Source of the DNA: Bdellovibrionales bacterium | GTDB lineage: Bacteria > Bdellovibrionota > Bdellovibrionia > Bdellovibrionales > UBA1609 | Direction of reading: 5' to 3' | Assembly: GCA_965197855.1 (NCBI GenBank) | Contig: OZ240230.1 | Location: 64,153 to 128,152 of the forward strand | DNA length: 64,000 bases | Part shown: piece by piece, positions 1-9,383 of the stretch | Position numbering within the stretch: position 1 is the stretch's first letter | Layout: each line of letters opens with the position of its first letter | The notes under the pieces: model-generated | What the model was told of the DNA's origin: nothing | Seen by the model: only the letters and a program-made list of their open reading frames with translations | Databases searched by the model: none | Program-made: the position numbers and the translations under genes

Positions 1-1578
1 GGATAAAATATTTCCCCCACTTTTTGTTTTGAGCATATTGACAAAACTCATTAAGCTTGGAATTTGTAAACCCTCTGTCATATCCTTGCCTTCTAAAATA
101 TTTTTTTCACTGGCCATAGCTCCAACATTTTTAAAATCTTTTAATAGTCCCAGAAGGGGAAGGGCAGAGCCTACATTGACAAAGTTAGTTCCAAATCCAA
201 AGATAGATTCGTTGCCAGGCTGTTTCATTAAATCACCAAAGCTATGAGAGCTAAATCCTATACGAGGGAGTAGACCGCTTAATTCTCCTTTTTTATCTGT
301 TAAGAATTTATAGGTAGTAATATCCCAAGTAAAATTATCTTCTGCATTGAGATCCATAATAATGGTTTTAATAAAGACCTGATTTTTAGGAATATCAATT
401 TTATCGAGTATAGATTTTAAAATCTGATAGTGATGCCTTTTGGCTGTAATTAGAAGACTGTTTGTGTTCTTGTCATGAGAGACCTTGATGGTATCTTGCA
501 TGCCGCCGGAAGAGCCAAAAAGAGTGTGCAGTCCAAATCGTTGGATATTTCTTGGGGCATTTTTACCGGTTGTTTTTGGTGTTTGCAGAATACTATTTAA
601 AGTTTTCTCAATATCTGCGGCAATTCCATATTTGACATAATAGACAAAGATACCTCCAGCGGCCTGGGAGTCGAATTTAATATCCAGTTTTTTAATTAAA
701 TTTTTTACTTTAAGAATACCGTCGTTGGTTCCTGAAATAATGATGGAATTGGTTCTCTCATCGGGAATCAGAGCAGATACCCCGGATGTGTTGGCCTGTG
801 AGGAGGAAATGAGATTAGAGCCGGGACGCTGTCTAGTGGTGCTGGAAAACCTTCGTGAAGAAGTCCTGTTATTAATCAATAAATAAAGTTTATTTGTTAA
901 ATCCACAGCCGTGGCGTGCTTGATAGGCACAACTTCTAATTGAGTATGAACATTTGGAATATCCAGCTCTTTAATAATTTGGCTGACTTTTTCAATAGTG
1001 GCCCCATAGTCGCTGACAATAATGGTATTGGCTTCCTCATAAAATAGAGCTTTACTGTTTTTATCAGAGAGAAATTGTTTTAAATGTTTTTCTAAAACTT
1101 TAACATTGGCATGTTTTAGTTTAAAAATTTTTGTGATGTATTGATCAACGTCCGGAAAATATTCCCCTTTGTAAACTTGTACATTGTCTCTGGAAGCCTT
1201 GTCGGCGCTAATAACTTTCCAAAAGGCGCCGCTTCGAACTAAAGCATACCCGTTGATAGATAAGGCGGATAAAAAGGCCTGAAACGCTTCAGCGACAGTG
1301 ATGGGCGATGGCGCCACAATACTGATTTTACCTTTAATGTTTGGATCAATAATAAAATTAATCCCTGTCAACTTACTCATGGCTTTGACAATGTCAGCGA
1401 TGTTGGCATTCGGATAATCAAAACTTTTTATAACGTCGGGAAAATTTTCGGAATCAATGTCATCAATAAAGGCTTCATTGAGAGGGATGCCGGAGACAGC
1501 GCCTTTTTTTTGAATCACTTGTGCTAAAGAAAAAGGTGCAGATATCACGCAATATGCGATTATAAAAATCCATTTCAT
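1..1578 (-). CDS. gspD: Type II secretion secretin GspD, N-terminal 526 codons; the gene continues past the window start
   Basis: Absent from the ORF track because there is no stop in the window. My reverse-strand translation from the ATG at 1576-1578 reads MKWIFIIAYCVISAPFSLAQ (signal peptide). It continues with repeated secretin N-domain-like modules (ANIADIVKAMSKLTGINFIID, FKLKHANVKVLEKHLKQFL, VPIKHATAVDLTNKLYLL, YYVKYGIAADIEKTLNSIL) and the onset of the secretin core (NQVFIKTIIMDLN). The frame is open to base 1, and a gspC-like gene lies directly upstream. Confidence 0.8.
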   Translation of the reverse strand, partial: MKWIFIIAYCVISAPFSLAQVIQKKGAVSGIPLNEAFIDDIDSENFPDVIKSFDYPNANIADIVKAMSKLTGINFIIDPNIKGKISIVAPSPITVAEAFQAFLSALSINGYALVRSGAFWKVISADKASRDNVQVYKGEYFPDVDQYITKIFKLKHANVKVLEKHLKQFLSDKNSKALFYEEANTIIVSDYGATIEKVSQIIKELDIPNVHTQLEVVPIKHATAVDLTNKLYLLINNRTSSRRFSSTTRQRPGSNLISSSQANTSGVSALIPDERTNSIIISGTNDGILKVKNLIKKLDIKFDSQAAGGIFVYYVKYGIAADIEKTLNSILQTPKTTGKNAPRNIQRFGLHTLFGSSGGMQDTIKVSHDKNTNSLLITAKRHHYQILKSILDKIDIPKNQVFIKTIIMDLNAEDNFTWDITTYKFLTDKKGELSGLLPRIGFSSHSFGDLMKQPGNESIFGFGTNFVNVGSALPLLGLLKDFKNVGAMASEKNILEGKDMTEGLQIPSLMSFVNMLKTKSGGNILS

Positions 1579-1637
1579 AAAGACTTCCTTGTTATTATGT
1601 TTCTATCATAGTCAGTTTTCAAGATGAGAACAAGTCC

Positions 1638-2675
1638 CTATTGGACGGAGGCATCCTCATTGATATTATAGGAGATTTCACGGGCTTCTCCCTTTTCGTT
1701 TTCCACAACGACAGAGAATTGACTGTCGGCTCGAAATTGTTGAAAGAGTTTTTGGGCTTCCATGTTGTCATTGACCTTTTCACCATTGACGGAAACCAGC
1801 ATATCTCCTTTAAGGAAGCCTAAGCTTCCAAAAATACTTCCATCTTCAATCCATGTAAAAGTATGCCCTAATATTTTACCATCTGTGCCATATTGTGGTT
1901 CGACTCTAGCTTGTTGCAAGATGTCAGGAAGTTGCTGTAAATATTCATTAAGGGAGGAGCGAGCGACAGAATATCGATTATTGTCTAATTGGGAAATACC
2001 TTTGTGATTGGGCGTTTTTTTCTCTGGGGGTTTAATTGGTTCATCTTTGTTTGTTATTTTTGATTCTTTTGAAAAACTAATCAATGACTCTTCCTTGGGA
2101 ATTTCTAAATGTTCCAATTGGTTGTTGAGTAAATTAACAAATATAACTTTTCTTCTTTGCACCTGTGTGACTCTGGCTTTGTTGTCAATTGTATCTCCGA
2201 CAAAGTAAGAATTTGTCTCCCCGGAGGAAGTTACTTGAATGGAAGCCATGGATCTTTTGGGATTAAAATTTTCAATAGTTCCCAGTAATTTGAAAGGCAG
2301 TCCTGTTTTTTTGGATTCACCGATGATTGTGAGTTCTTGCTTTTTTTCCAGTTCTTTAAGGGGAGGGGGAATGGGACCGCTATGGAAAATATTTACTGTA
2401 TGTATAAAATTTGAAGAAGTAGATGAATTTTTTTTGAATGGAAGAGTTTTTGGTTTTTGAAGTGTAATGTCATTTTTTGGAAGCAAGGCAGACCTGATAA
2501 ATAAAATAACAAGGTCTGCTAGGGCTAAAGTAATTAAAAAAGTCAGTATCCAGCGGCTGTATTTAAAAAAAAAAGGAGGAATTTTTTTTAAAATAGTGTT
2601 GAAATCCATTTTTTGGAATTGTTTCCAAAGAAAGTTCTTAGATTGGTGTACAAAATTTAATATTAACTGTTTCAA
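1638..2675 (-). CDS. gspC: GspC-like T2SS inner-membrane component (N-terminal TM helix plus C-terminal PDZ-like domain)
   Basis: 345-aa ORF with TM segment WILTFLITLALADLVILFI and a C-terminal PDZ-like stretch FGSLGFLKGDMLVSVNGEKVNDNMEAQKLF. It sits immediately upstream of gspD on the same strand, the canonical gspC-gspD order. Confidence 0.55.
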   Translation of the reverse strand: MKQLILNFVHQSKNFLWKQFQKMDFNTILKKIPPFFFKYSRWILTFLITLALADLVILFIRSALLPKNDITLQKPKTLPFKKNSSTSSNFIHTVNIFHSGPIPPPLKELEKKQELTIIGESKKTGLPFKLLGTIENFNPKRSMASIQVTSSGETNSYFVGDTIDNKARVTQVQRRKVIFVNLLNNQLEHLEIPKEESLISFSKESKITNKDEPIKPPEKKTPNHKGISQLDNNRYSVARSSLNEYLQQLPDILQQARVEPQYGTDGKILGHTFTWIEDGSIFGSLGFLKGDMLVSVNGEKVNDNMEAQKLFQQFRADSQFSVVVENEKGEAREISYNINEDASVQ

Positions 2676-2677
2676 AA

Positions 2678-3772
2678 TTATGATCCAGGTTGATTATTCA
2701 TTTTTTCAATATACAAACTCTGGCTGGGGAAAGCAAACTCAACATTCATTTGCTGAGCGAGTTTGAGAATTTCCAGAAAGATATCTTGTCTGAATTGGAG
2801 TTCTTCATTCCAATTGGCTACTTGTAAAAAGAAATTGACAAAAATATTCAAACTAGAATCTGCATAGCCTGAAAAGGACACCTGATAATAATCTTTTTTT
2901 GTTTTAGGATGATTTTGAACAATGTCTTTTATTCCTTTTATAAAAGATTGGATTTTTTCAGTCGAGGTGGAGTAAGTGATTCCCAATGTAAAACGGGTTC
3001 TTCGAAATTTTCTTTTTCCCATATTATCAATTTGGGCATTGGCAATAGTAAAGTTTGGCACGGAGATTACAGAGTCATAAAAGGTTTTAATTTGAGTGGA
3101 TCGAAATCCAATCTGCTCTACAGTTCCTTCTATTTTATCAAATTGAATCCAGTCTCCTACCACAAAGGGGCGGTCAAAGAGAATAACTAAAGATCCAAAA
3201 ATATTGGAGAGAGTGTCTTTGGCAGCTAAGGCGATAGCTAACCCCCCGAGTCCTAGGCCGGCGAGAATAGATGTGACATTGTAGCCCAGGTTTTGAATCA
3301 TAATTAAGCCCCCTACTATGAATATAAGGAAGCTAAGTGTTTTTCTAAAAAATTCAAAGAAAGCCTGATGCTGAGAATATTCTTTTAATTGATTTTTCTG
3401 TACCCGATGGATCAGAGGAGATAAGGTGTGATGAATCAGAAATAAAACAGTTACCCCTATATAAATCTGAAAGAACTTTGTAATTAAGGGAAAATCGTGA
3501 GTTACAACAGAACCAATCAGTAAAACAAAAAGAGCAAAGAGGCCGTGTGGAATCCAAAAACGAAGACCTTTGCAGTCTTTTTGTTTTAAAAAAGGAATAA
3601 GAAAAAAAATCCATCGGCTGAGTATGTAAGAAATGATCAAACAAATGAAGAGGAGGACTGTAAAAGCCAGAATCCCCCATACAATATCGCTCATAAAAAA
3701 GCCGGGCAGTAATTCTTTGTATTTTTCAATAAGCATAGGCGAAAGTTTAATAGCTCTTTCTAATCTCATCAA
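2678..3772 (-). CDS. MscS-family small-conductance mechanosensitive channel
   Basis: 364 aa with several N-terminal TM helices, then the characteristic MscS core LAAKDTLSNIFGSLVILFDRPFVVGDWIQF...GTVEQIGFRSTQIKTFYDSVISVPN. Confidence 0.9.
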   Translation of the reverse strand: MMRLERAIKLSPMLIEKYKELLPGFFMSDIVWGILAFTVLLFICLIISYILSRWIFFLIPFLKQKDCKGLRFWIPHGLFALFVLLIGSVVTHDFPLITKFFQIYIGVTVLFLIHHTLSPLIHRVQKNQLKEYSQHQAFFEFFRKTLSFLIFIVGGLIMIQNLGYNVTSILAGLGLGGLAIALAAKDTLSNIFGSLVILFDRPFVVGDWIQFDKIEGTVEQIGFRSTQIKTFYDSVISVPNFTIANAQIDNMGKRKFRRTRFTLGITYSTSTEKIQSFIKGIKDIVQNHPKTKKDYYQVSFSGYADSSLNIFVNFFLQVANWNEELQFRQDIFLEILKLAQQMNVEFAFPSQSLYIEKMNNQPGS

Positions 3773-3858
3773 GCAGAGTCTGTGTTAATAATACAGTGTG
3801 CAGAGCATAAATAAAGCTTTTATGAAGCATGGCTATTTTCTAAAGAGTTTCAATGTAT

Positions 3859-4557
3859 TTATAGTGTTTTAGTAGGAGGTTTTTCACGAGCGAACATAGG
3901 AGAGTCTTTAAGGTGTTTTTGTTTAAAGGGTTGTATACGTTGAAGGGTGCGGATGGCTATACTGTGTATTCTGGGATCAGTGTCTTCCAGCAAAGTTAAA
4001 AATAAATCCTGGTCTGTGTGATCGGAAAATTCAGATAATGTTTGTGCAATCGTATAACGAACCCATAAACTTTTCCCATTTCTAAAATTTTCTTCAGCTC
4101 CCAATTGAGTCCATAAAATATCTTTGTATTGTTTGGCTTTTCTTCTTTGAATTAATTCCACACTAGCTGTTCTGAGCATTAGTGCAGGGTGATCCAAAAA
4201 TTCAGAAGCTTTTCTGACAGCTGATTCAGGTTGAATAATTTCCAAAGCAATCAAGCCTGCATTTTTTAAAAACCAATCAGAGCTGTTTAAGGCTTGGTCA
4301 ATAGAGGGTTGGGCTTGTTGAGGATTCAGGCGAGTCATGCTCATCAGAGCCTGCCATTTCATAGAGGGCGAGCTTTTTTGTGTTTGGAAGATATGTTTTA
4401 AATAAATAAAGTAATGAGGTCTTTTTTGAAAGAATTGATTTCTGCGGTTCAGCGGCAGATCCAAAGCTTGTTTAAGAACTTGGTATTGTTTTTCAGACAT
4501 TTTTAAAGCGTATGCATTTAGCCCTATTAAAAGGGAGCTGAGTAATAAGAGTTTCAT
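3859..4557 (-). CDS. Secreted alpha-helical (HEAT/ARM-like repeat) protein, function unknown
   Basis: 232 aa with signal peptide MKLLLLSSLLIGLNAYA. The repetitive helical segments carry patterns such as DPRIHSIAIRTL and LMLRTASVELI that are typical of HEAT-like repeats. No catalytic motif was seen. Confidence 0.35.
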   Translation of the reverse strand: MKLLLLSSLLIGLNAYALKMSEKQYQVLKQALDLPLNRRNQFFQKRPHYFIYLKHIFQTQKSSPSMKWQALMSMTRLNPQQAQPSIDQALNSSDWFLKNAGLIALEIIQPESAVRKASEFLDHPALMLRTASVELIQRRKAKQYKDILWTQLGAEENFRNGKSLWVRYTIAQTLSEFSDHTDQDLFLTLLEDTDPRIHSIAIRTLQRIQPFKQKHLKDSPMFAREKPPTKTL

Positions 4558-4629
4558 TTTTTTGATCTTAGAATAGAAAAAAATAAAAAGGATGGCTTAA
4601 CAAAGAGTATTAGGACCTTTATCTATACT

Positions 4630-4779
4630 CTTCTTTTAGAAAAAGAAGCAAAAGTCTTAACTTCTCTTCGTTATAGGATTTCATTATTATATTTTTAAGT
4701 TTGTTGTAGTGGGTAGGCAATACTGTGGTATAAGTGAATCAAACACACAACTCGTTTGATTCACTTATACCACAGTATT
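4630..4779 (+). repeat. Family B intergenic repeat, copy 1 (short hairpin plus 26-bp perfect hairpin with loop ACACAACTC)
   Basis: Short hairpin cttcttt..aaagaag. The long stem 4719-4744 (aatactgtggtataagtgaatcaaac) pairs perfectly with 4754-4779. The copy aligns end to end with 13012-13147. Confidence 0.85.
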
Positions 4780-4910
4780 TCAATGAGTTAGGTTTTACAA
4801 GTTAAAAGGTGATGTTCCTTCTGTATTTTTTGGTCAGTAGTTTCGGTTAAATATAGATTTTGGTTTTTAGCTAATTATTTAGAATTTAACAATATGTAAG
4901 GACTTAAAGA

Positions 4911-5939
4911 TTAGTATGCTTCATCAATTTGGTCTTTTAAATGTTGTGAAGAACCGTTAATAATTTTATATGTTACGCTACTATCAGATGGGTAAGTAGA
5001 TAGGAATATAAGCGGGAGGGATGCAGAAGCAGCAAAAAGACCGCCTACGATTACAGCGGTGGGGTTATCTTGTATTATTCCTAGGGGGGTGAAAACTACT
5101 CCCATTGCAGCCATCACTGAGGTTGCTCCCATGAGTAGTAGTGTTCCATGGGTTGGTTCTAATTGTGATAATGTTTTACTATGTCGATTTGTACGATATT
5201 GAGTGTAAGTTTCAATTGCCCCTATAGTTTGCATTTGTGATAAAATAGATTCGAAAACCTGAGAGGATATATAATTATTATTTCCATATTTACTAACATT
5301 AATGATAATAAGTCCTCCAGGCTCAGTGACTCTTGTTAAATTTTCCAACCATTGCTTCATGGAGGATGGATTATTATCCTTAGCTCTAGTGGTAGTTGAT
5401 GACTTATCTTCAAATTCTCTTACTACTGCTAATGTAATATCTGATAGGTTTTCTTCCAAGTGAGCTTTTATTTCATTTACTTCTTTTTGTGTGAGAGTTC
5501 GTTCGCTTAATGTACGATGATCTAATCGATTGTCTGTAAGGCTAAAAGCGGATTTTGCTCCAAAAACGTTTCTCAAGTAATTTACAATAGTTCTATGATT
5601 TGTCTCTGCAGGAAAGTGTTGTGTATCTACAGCGTATAAGATATTTAATTTTTCTATTTCCTCTGGTTGTAATCCAGAGATTTTTAATACATTTTGGACT
5701 TCTTGAGGGAAACGGGTAAATGATTGTTGTATCCGTTGTACTGTTTTAGGTGTTTTGAGGGTTTTGAAGGTTTTGAAGGTTGATAATCTTGAAAAAGCAT
5801 TAACGCAAGTATTAGCTAGAATAGCCTGAGTATAAAAAAACAGAAAAAATAGAGGTATTATAAGTTTCACTCTGAAGTTTCCTTTTTCAATGAAGTAGTA
5901 TTGTTGATACGTTATTGACGATAAAATGATATGAGTCAA
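4911..5939 (-). CDS. Hypothetical membrane protein (N-terminal TM, two C-terminal TM helices) with an internal FKT/LKT tripeptide repeat
   Basis: 342-aa ORF. Hydrophobic segments are LIIPLFFLFFYTQAILA and LLLMGATSVMAAMGVVF / VIVGGLFAASASLPLIFL. I recognised no family motif. A family B repeat lies beside it. Confidence 0.5.
   Translation of the reverse strand: MTHIILSSITYQQYYFIEKGNFRVKLIIPLFFLFFYTQAILANTCVNAFSRLSTFKTFKTLKTPKTVQRIQQSFTRFPQEVQNVLKISGLQPEEIEKLNILYAVDTQHFPAETNHRTIVNYLRNVFGAKSAFSLTDNRLDHRTLSERTLTQKEVNEIKAHLEENLSDITLAVVREFEDKSSTTTRAKDNNPSSMKQWLENLTRVTEPGGLIIINVSKYGNNNYISSQVFESILSQMQTIGAIETYTQYRTNRHSKTLSQLEPTHGTLLLMGATSVMAAMGVVFTPLGIIQDNPTAVIVGGLFAASASLPLIFLSTYPSDSSVTYKIINGSSQHLKDQIDEAY
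5744..5779 (-). repeat. In-frame 9-bp tandem repeat (about 4 units, ttttgaagg-like) encoding TFKTFKTLKTPKT
   Basis: Units read directly from the sequence: ttttaggtg / ttttgaggg / ttttgaagg / ttttgaagg. The unit length is a multiple of 3, inside CDS 4911-5939. Confidence 0.7.
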
Positions 5940-5991
5940 TACAAAAAAAGTATGTACAAATTACAGCCTGAAAAAATCCTTTTATAAAGAA

Positions 5992-6900
5992 TTACAGTAT
6001 TTTATTTACTTTGTACTTGTGGCCATTCTTGTAATGATAAGAGCAGTTCTTAGAACAAGTTTGATAAAGTTTATCTTTTTTTATGCAAATGGAACAAACG
6101 ACACATTCTTTATGGCAGTGCTGGCATGAGATGGATTGATCTCCGGCTTGTCCGCAGTGCGGACAGAGTTTGTATTTTTGAGATGGTTTTAATTCTTGGT
6201 TGAGGGTGACTCGATGATCAAACACAAAGAGATCTCCTCTAAATTGAGAGTTTGGAAACTCTTTTAAATAATTAAGAACCCCTCCTTTAAGTTGCTGAAC
6301 TTGTTTAAAACCTTGGGTTCTCATTTCATTGAGAGCTTTTTCACATCGAATACCTCCTGTACAGTAAATAAGAATATTTTTATCTTTTGGAATTGGAGAT
6401 TCTTTTAGTTTTTCTGGAAAATCTTTAAATTGATTGAGATTTAAGTCTAAAGCTGTTTCAAACTTTCCCGCTCGTATTTCATAATTATTTCGAATATCCA
6501 GTAGGATAGATTGTTTATCTTTCATAGCAGATTCCCACTCAGAAGGAGTGAGATGTGTGTTTTCTGAAAAAGGGGAGAGCTTATCTTTTCCTGATGCGAC
6601 CAGTTCTTTTTTAATTTTAACTCTCAGTTTTTTAAATCCCCAGGAATTGGATATTTGCCATTTGGCTTGAATGGGAATTCCTGTCTCTTCGCGTAAAACT
6701 TGTAAATATCTTTTCAGATGACGTAAAGAACCTACTAATGTAGCATTGATACCTTCTCCGGAAAGTAATACCAATCCTCGAAGGCCTAAACCCCTACTGA
6801 GAATAACCTCGCTTAACGTATTGAGACGTTCGCTGGGCAGGGGGTGATAGTGATAAAAGGTGCAGACAGAAAGAGGTTTTTTAGTTAAGAGTGAATTCAT
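5992..6900 (-). CDS. trhO: Rhodanese-domain protein of the YceA/TrhO (UPF0176) family, a putative tRNA uridine(34) hydroxylase
   Basis: 302 aa with the active-site loop YCTGGIRCEKA typical of this family and a C-terminal Cys-rich tail (CPHCGQ...CQHCHKECVVCSIC). Confidence 0.8.
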   Translation of the reverse strand: MNSLLTKKPLSVCTFYHYHPLPSERLNTLSEVILSRGLGLRGLVLLSGEGINATLVGSLRHLKRYLQVLREETGIPIQAKWQISNSWGFKKLRVKIKKELVASGKDKLSPFSENTHLTPSEWESAMKDKQSILLDIRNNYEIRAGKFETALDLNLNQFKDFPEKLKESPIPKDKNILIYCTGGIRCEKALNEMRTQGFKQVQQLKGGVLNYLKEFPNSQFRGDLFVFDHRVTLNQELKPSQKYKLCPHCGQAGDQSISCQHCHKECVVCSICIKKDKLYQTCSKNCSYHYKNGHKYKVNKIL

Positions 6901-6945
6901 GGAAAGGATTGTACTGAAAATAAAAAAAAGGGCAATAATAAAAAG

Positions 6946-7836
6946 ATGGATGTATTAAAAGTTTCAAATTTAGTTAAGAATTATGGGGATTTTTGTGCTG
7001 TGGATGGAGTGTCCCTGCAAGTGCAAAAAGGAGAGATACTAGGGTTGTTAGGACCTAATGGTGCAGGCAAAACCTCTTTGATCCATTCCATTGTTACTGT
7101 GGAGGACTTTCAAAGCGGCTCTATTGAAGTTTGTGGTTATGATTTAAAAAAAGAAACTCGTCTCTGTAAATCAGTTATTGGCTATATGCCTCAGGAGATT
7201 ATCAATCACTCTTATTTTACTTTGGAGGAGGTGCTTTACTATCATTCCGGTTATTATGGGTGTTTTAATAATCAGGATTATTTAGATCATTTAATGAAAA
7301 AGTTTGAACTCTGGGAGCATCGAAAAAAACGTATTATACAACTGAGCGGAGGGATGAGAAGAAGATTGTTGCTTGCCAAATCTTTAGTACACAAGCCACA
7401 GCTTTTATTATTGGATGAGCCCACATCAGGCGTGGATGTAGGTTTGCGGGATGATGTATGGGAGTTTGTTCGACGTTTAAGAGATGAGGGTAAGGCTATT
7501 TTGTTTACCACACACTATCTGGAAGAAGCGGAGAAGCTTTGTGATCGTGTGGCTATTATTCATAAAGGTAAACTGGTTCGACACAATAAAACCAGCAGTT
7601 TGATTCAGGAATTTACCTTAAGAAAACTCAGCCTTCAGCTTAAAACAAAAGTGAATGTAAGTCATAAGTATTTAAAGGTAAATAATGAAAATTACTTGGA
7701 ATTTCAAATTCCATTTTCCTTAGATATAGGTCGTTTGCTGGAAGAAGCCGGTTTGAATTTATCCCAAATTCAGGATATTCAAATTCAAGAGGGTAAGTTA
7801 GAGGATGTGTTCAAAGATGTGTTGGATGGAGAGTAA
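6946..7836 (+). CDS. ABC transporter ATP-binding protein (ABC-2 exporter type)
   Basis: Walker A GPNGAGKTS, ABC signature LSGGMRRRL and Walker B LLLLDEPTSG. A permease gene follows with abutting stop and start. Confidence 0.9.
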   Translation: MDVLKVSNLVKNYGDFCAVDGVSLQVQKGEILGLLGPNGAGKTSLIHSIVTVEDFQSGSIEVCGYDLKKETRLCKSVIGYMPQEIINHSYFTLEEVLYYHSGYYGCFNNQDYLDHLMKKFELWEHRKKRIIQLSGGMRRRLLLAKSLVHKPQLLLLDEPTSGVDVGLRDDVWEFVRRLRDEGKAILFTTHYLEEAEKLCDRVAIIHKGKLVRHNKTSSLIQEFTLRKLSLQLKTKVNVSHKYLKVNNENYLEFQIPFSLDIGRLLEEAGLNLSQIQDIQIQEGKLEDVFKDVLDGE

Positions 7837-8658
7837 ATGATGTTAGAATCTGATCAAATTAAATCCATTCAAAGGCGTATTAAGTGGCTTCCTTTTGTTG
7901 CCTTTTTCAAAAGAGAGATTCATCGATTTTCAAAAGTATTTATTCAAACTATTTTTATTCCTGTTATTAACTCTTCTCTGTACTTGGTTATTTTTGGTGT
8001 GAGTTTAGGGTCCAGATTGGATCTGGAAGGTTTTTCTTATTTGGAATTTATTATTCCTGGGTTGGTTATGATGAGTTGTCTGTCCAATGCTTTTCAAAAC
8101 AGCGCCAGTTCTATACTGAGTTTGAAATTTGCAGGGGATATTACGGATGTTCGGGTCTCTCCTTTAACTCTTCAACAAACCCTTTGGGCTTTGGCGTTTG
8201 GGGGTGTTTGTAGGGGGGTATTGGTTGGAGGAGTTGTTCTTCTTGTGGGTGAAGTATTTCATTTTTATTATTTGGATCGCTGGCTCATTCCTCATTCTGT
8301 AGGCGGACTTTTGGTTTTTTCTATTTTAGCTGGCTTGGTATTTAGCAAAATGGGGGTGGTCATTGCTCTTTGGGCTAAAACCTTTGATCATATTGGAGCT
8401 GTGGGAGGGCTGGTTATTACTCCTTTGACTTATCTTGGAGGAGTGTTTTTTTCATTGGATATGCTCAGTCCATTTTGGCAGAAGGTCTCTTTGTTTAATC
8501 CTATTTTATATTTTATTAATGGAGTGAGATGGAGTTTAATTGGCACTTCTGATGTGACTGTTTCTGTTAGTTTGTTGGTTTCAGGGCTGGCTTTGATTGT
8601 ATGCCATACAGCGGGAGTCTTCATGATTAGAAACAGTCAGTACTATCGTCGGTGGTAG
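7837..8658 (+). CDS. ABC-2 type transporter permease
   Basis: 273 aa with about 6 predicted TM helices. Its start directly abuts the stop of the ATPase gene (7836/7837). Confidence 0.8.
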   Translation: MMLESDQIKSIQRRIKWLPFVAFFKREIHRFSKVFIQTIFIPVINSSLYLVIFGVSLGSRLDLEGFSYLEFIIPGLVMMSCLSNAFQNSASSILSLKFAGDITDVRVSPLTLQQTLWALAFGGVCRGVLVGGVVLLVGEVFHFYYLDRWLIPHSVGGLLVFSILAGLVFSKMGVVIALWAKTFDHIGAVGGLVITPLTYLGGVFFSLDMLSPFWQKVSLFNPILYFINGVRWSLIGTSDVTVSVSLLVSGLALIVCHTAGVFMIRNSQYYRRW

Positions 8659-8668
8659 GAGAAGATAG

Positions 8669-9325
8669 ATGAAAGATGCGGTGATTACTGTAGATGGTCC
8701 AGTGGCTTCTGGTAAAACTGTTTTATGTCAAAGATTGGTCCAAAGATTGGAATCTTGGGATTGGCTTTCCACAGGGGTGTTCTACCGTGGTTTGGCCTAT
8801 ATGATTTTGGATTTGAATTTAAAAGACTCTGAAGAAAAATGGCCTCATTTGATTTCTGAAAAAAAATGGAAGGTGGAAAAAGAAACACATCAAACCTCTT
8901 TTTGGTATAATGGGAAAGATATGACAACTTTGATTTATAATGCCTCTATGGATCAAATGGCTTCCAGAGTGGCTCAAAGTATTCCTGTTCGCCAGGCTTT
9001 GATTCCCTATCAACGAGCTCATAAGGAGGAGGGAAGAGGTCTCCTTGCAGAAGGCAGAGATTGTGGTACGGCTATTTTCCCTCAAGCTGAATTAAAAATT
9101 TATTTAACAGCTCAGGATGAAATTCGGGCTCAAAGAAGAGCTCGAGAGAGAAATGAGCTTCCGGATCGTGTTATTTCAGAACAAAGAAGAAGGGATTATT
9201 ACGATTCAAAAAGAGCTTTTAATCCTTTGAAAAAACCAGAAGGTGCTTGGATGATTCATACCGATCAGTATTCGCTGGATGACATGGAGGAAATGGTTTA
9301 TAAGAAGGTACTTAGTTTATTTTAA
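8669..9325 (+). CDS. cmk: Cytidylate kinase
   Basis: 218 aa with P-loop ITVDGPVASGKT. It lies immediately upstream of rpsA, the conserved cmk-rpsA synteny. Confidence 0.85.
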   Translation: MKDAVITVDGPVASGKTVLCQRLVQRLESWDWLSTGVFYRGLAYMILDLNLKDSEEKWPHLISEKKWKVEKETHQTSFWYNGKDMTTLIYNASMDQMASRVAQSIPVRQALIPYQRAHKEEGRGLLAEGRDCGTAIFPQAELKIYLTAQDEIRAQRRARERNELPDRVISEQRRRDYYDSKRAFNPLKKPEGAWMIHTDQYSLDDMEEMVYKKVLSLF

Positions 9326-9383
9326 TTGACTTTCTTTGCTTTTTCAGTGAGTGTTTACTTTCGCAATAAAATAAGAGGACGAA

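Noticed and set aside
29-247. 72-aa plus-strand ORF at the window start, and small plus-strand ORFs at 1641-2766
   Set aside because: They lie antisense to the continuous gspD and gspC reading frames, which have clear family motifs.
4701-4718. Shared 9-mer tgtagtggg between family B copy 1 and the 3' part of the tRNA-linked element (ctgtagtgggcga), hinting that the two families are related
   Set aside because: The second family B copy reads tatagtgaatagg at the same position, and no further similarity extends on either side. It is most likely coincidence.
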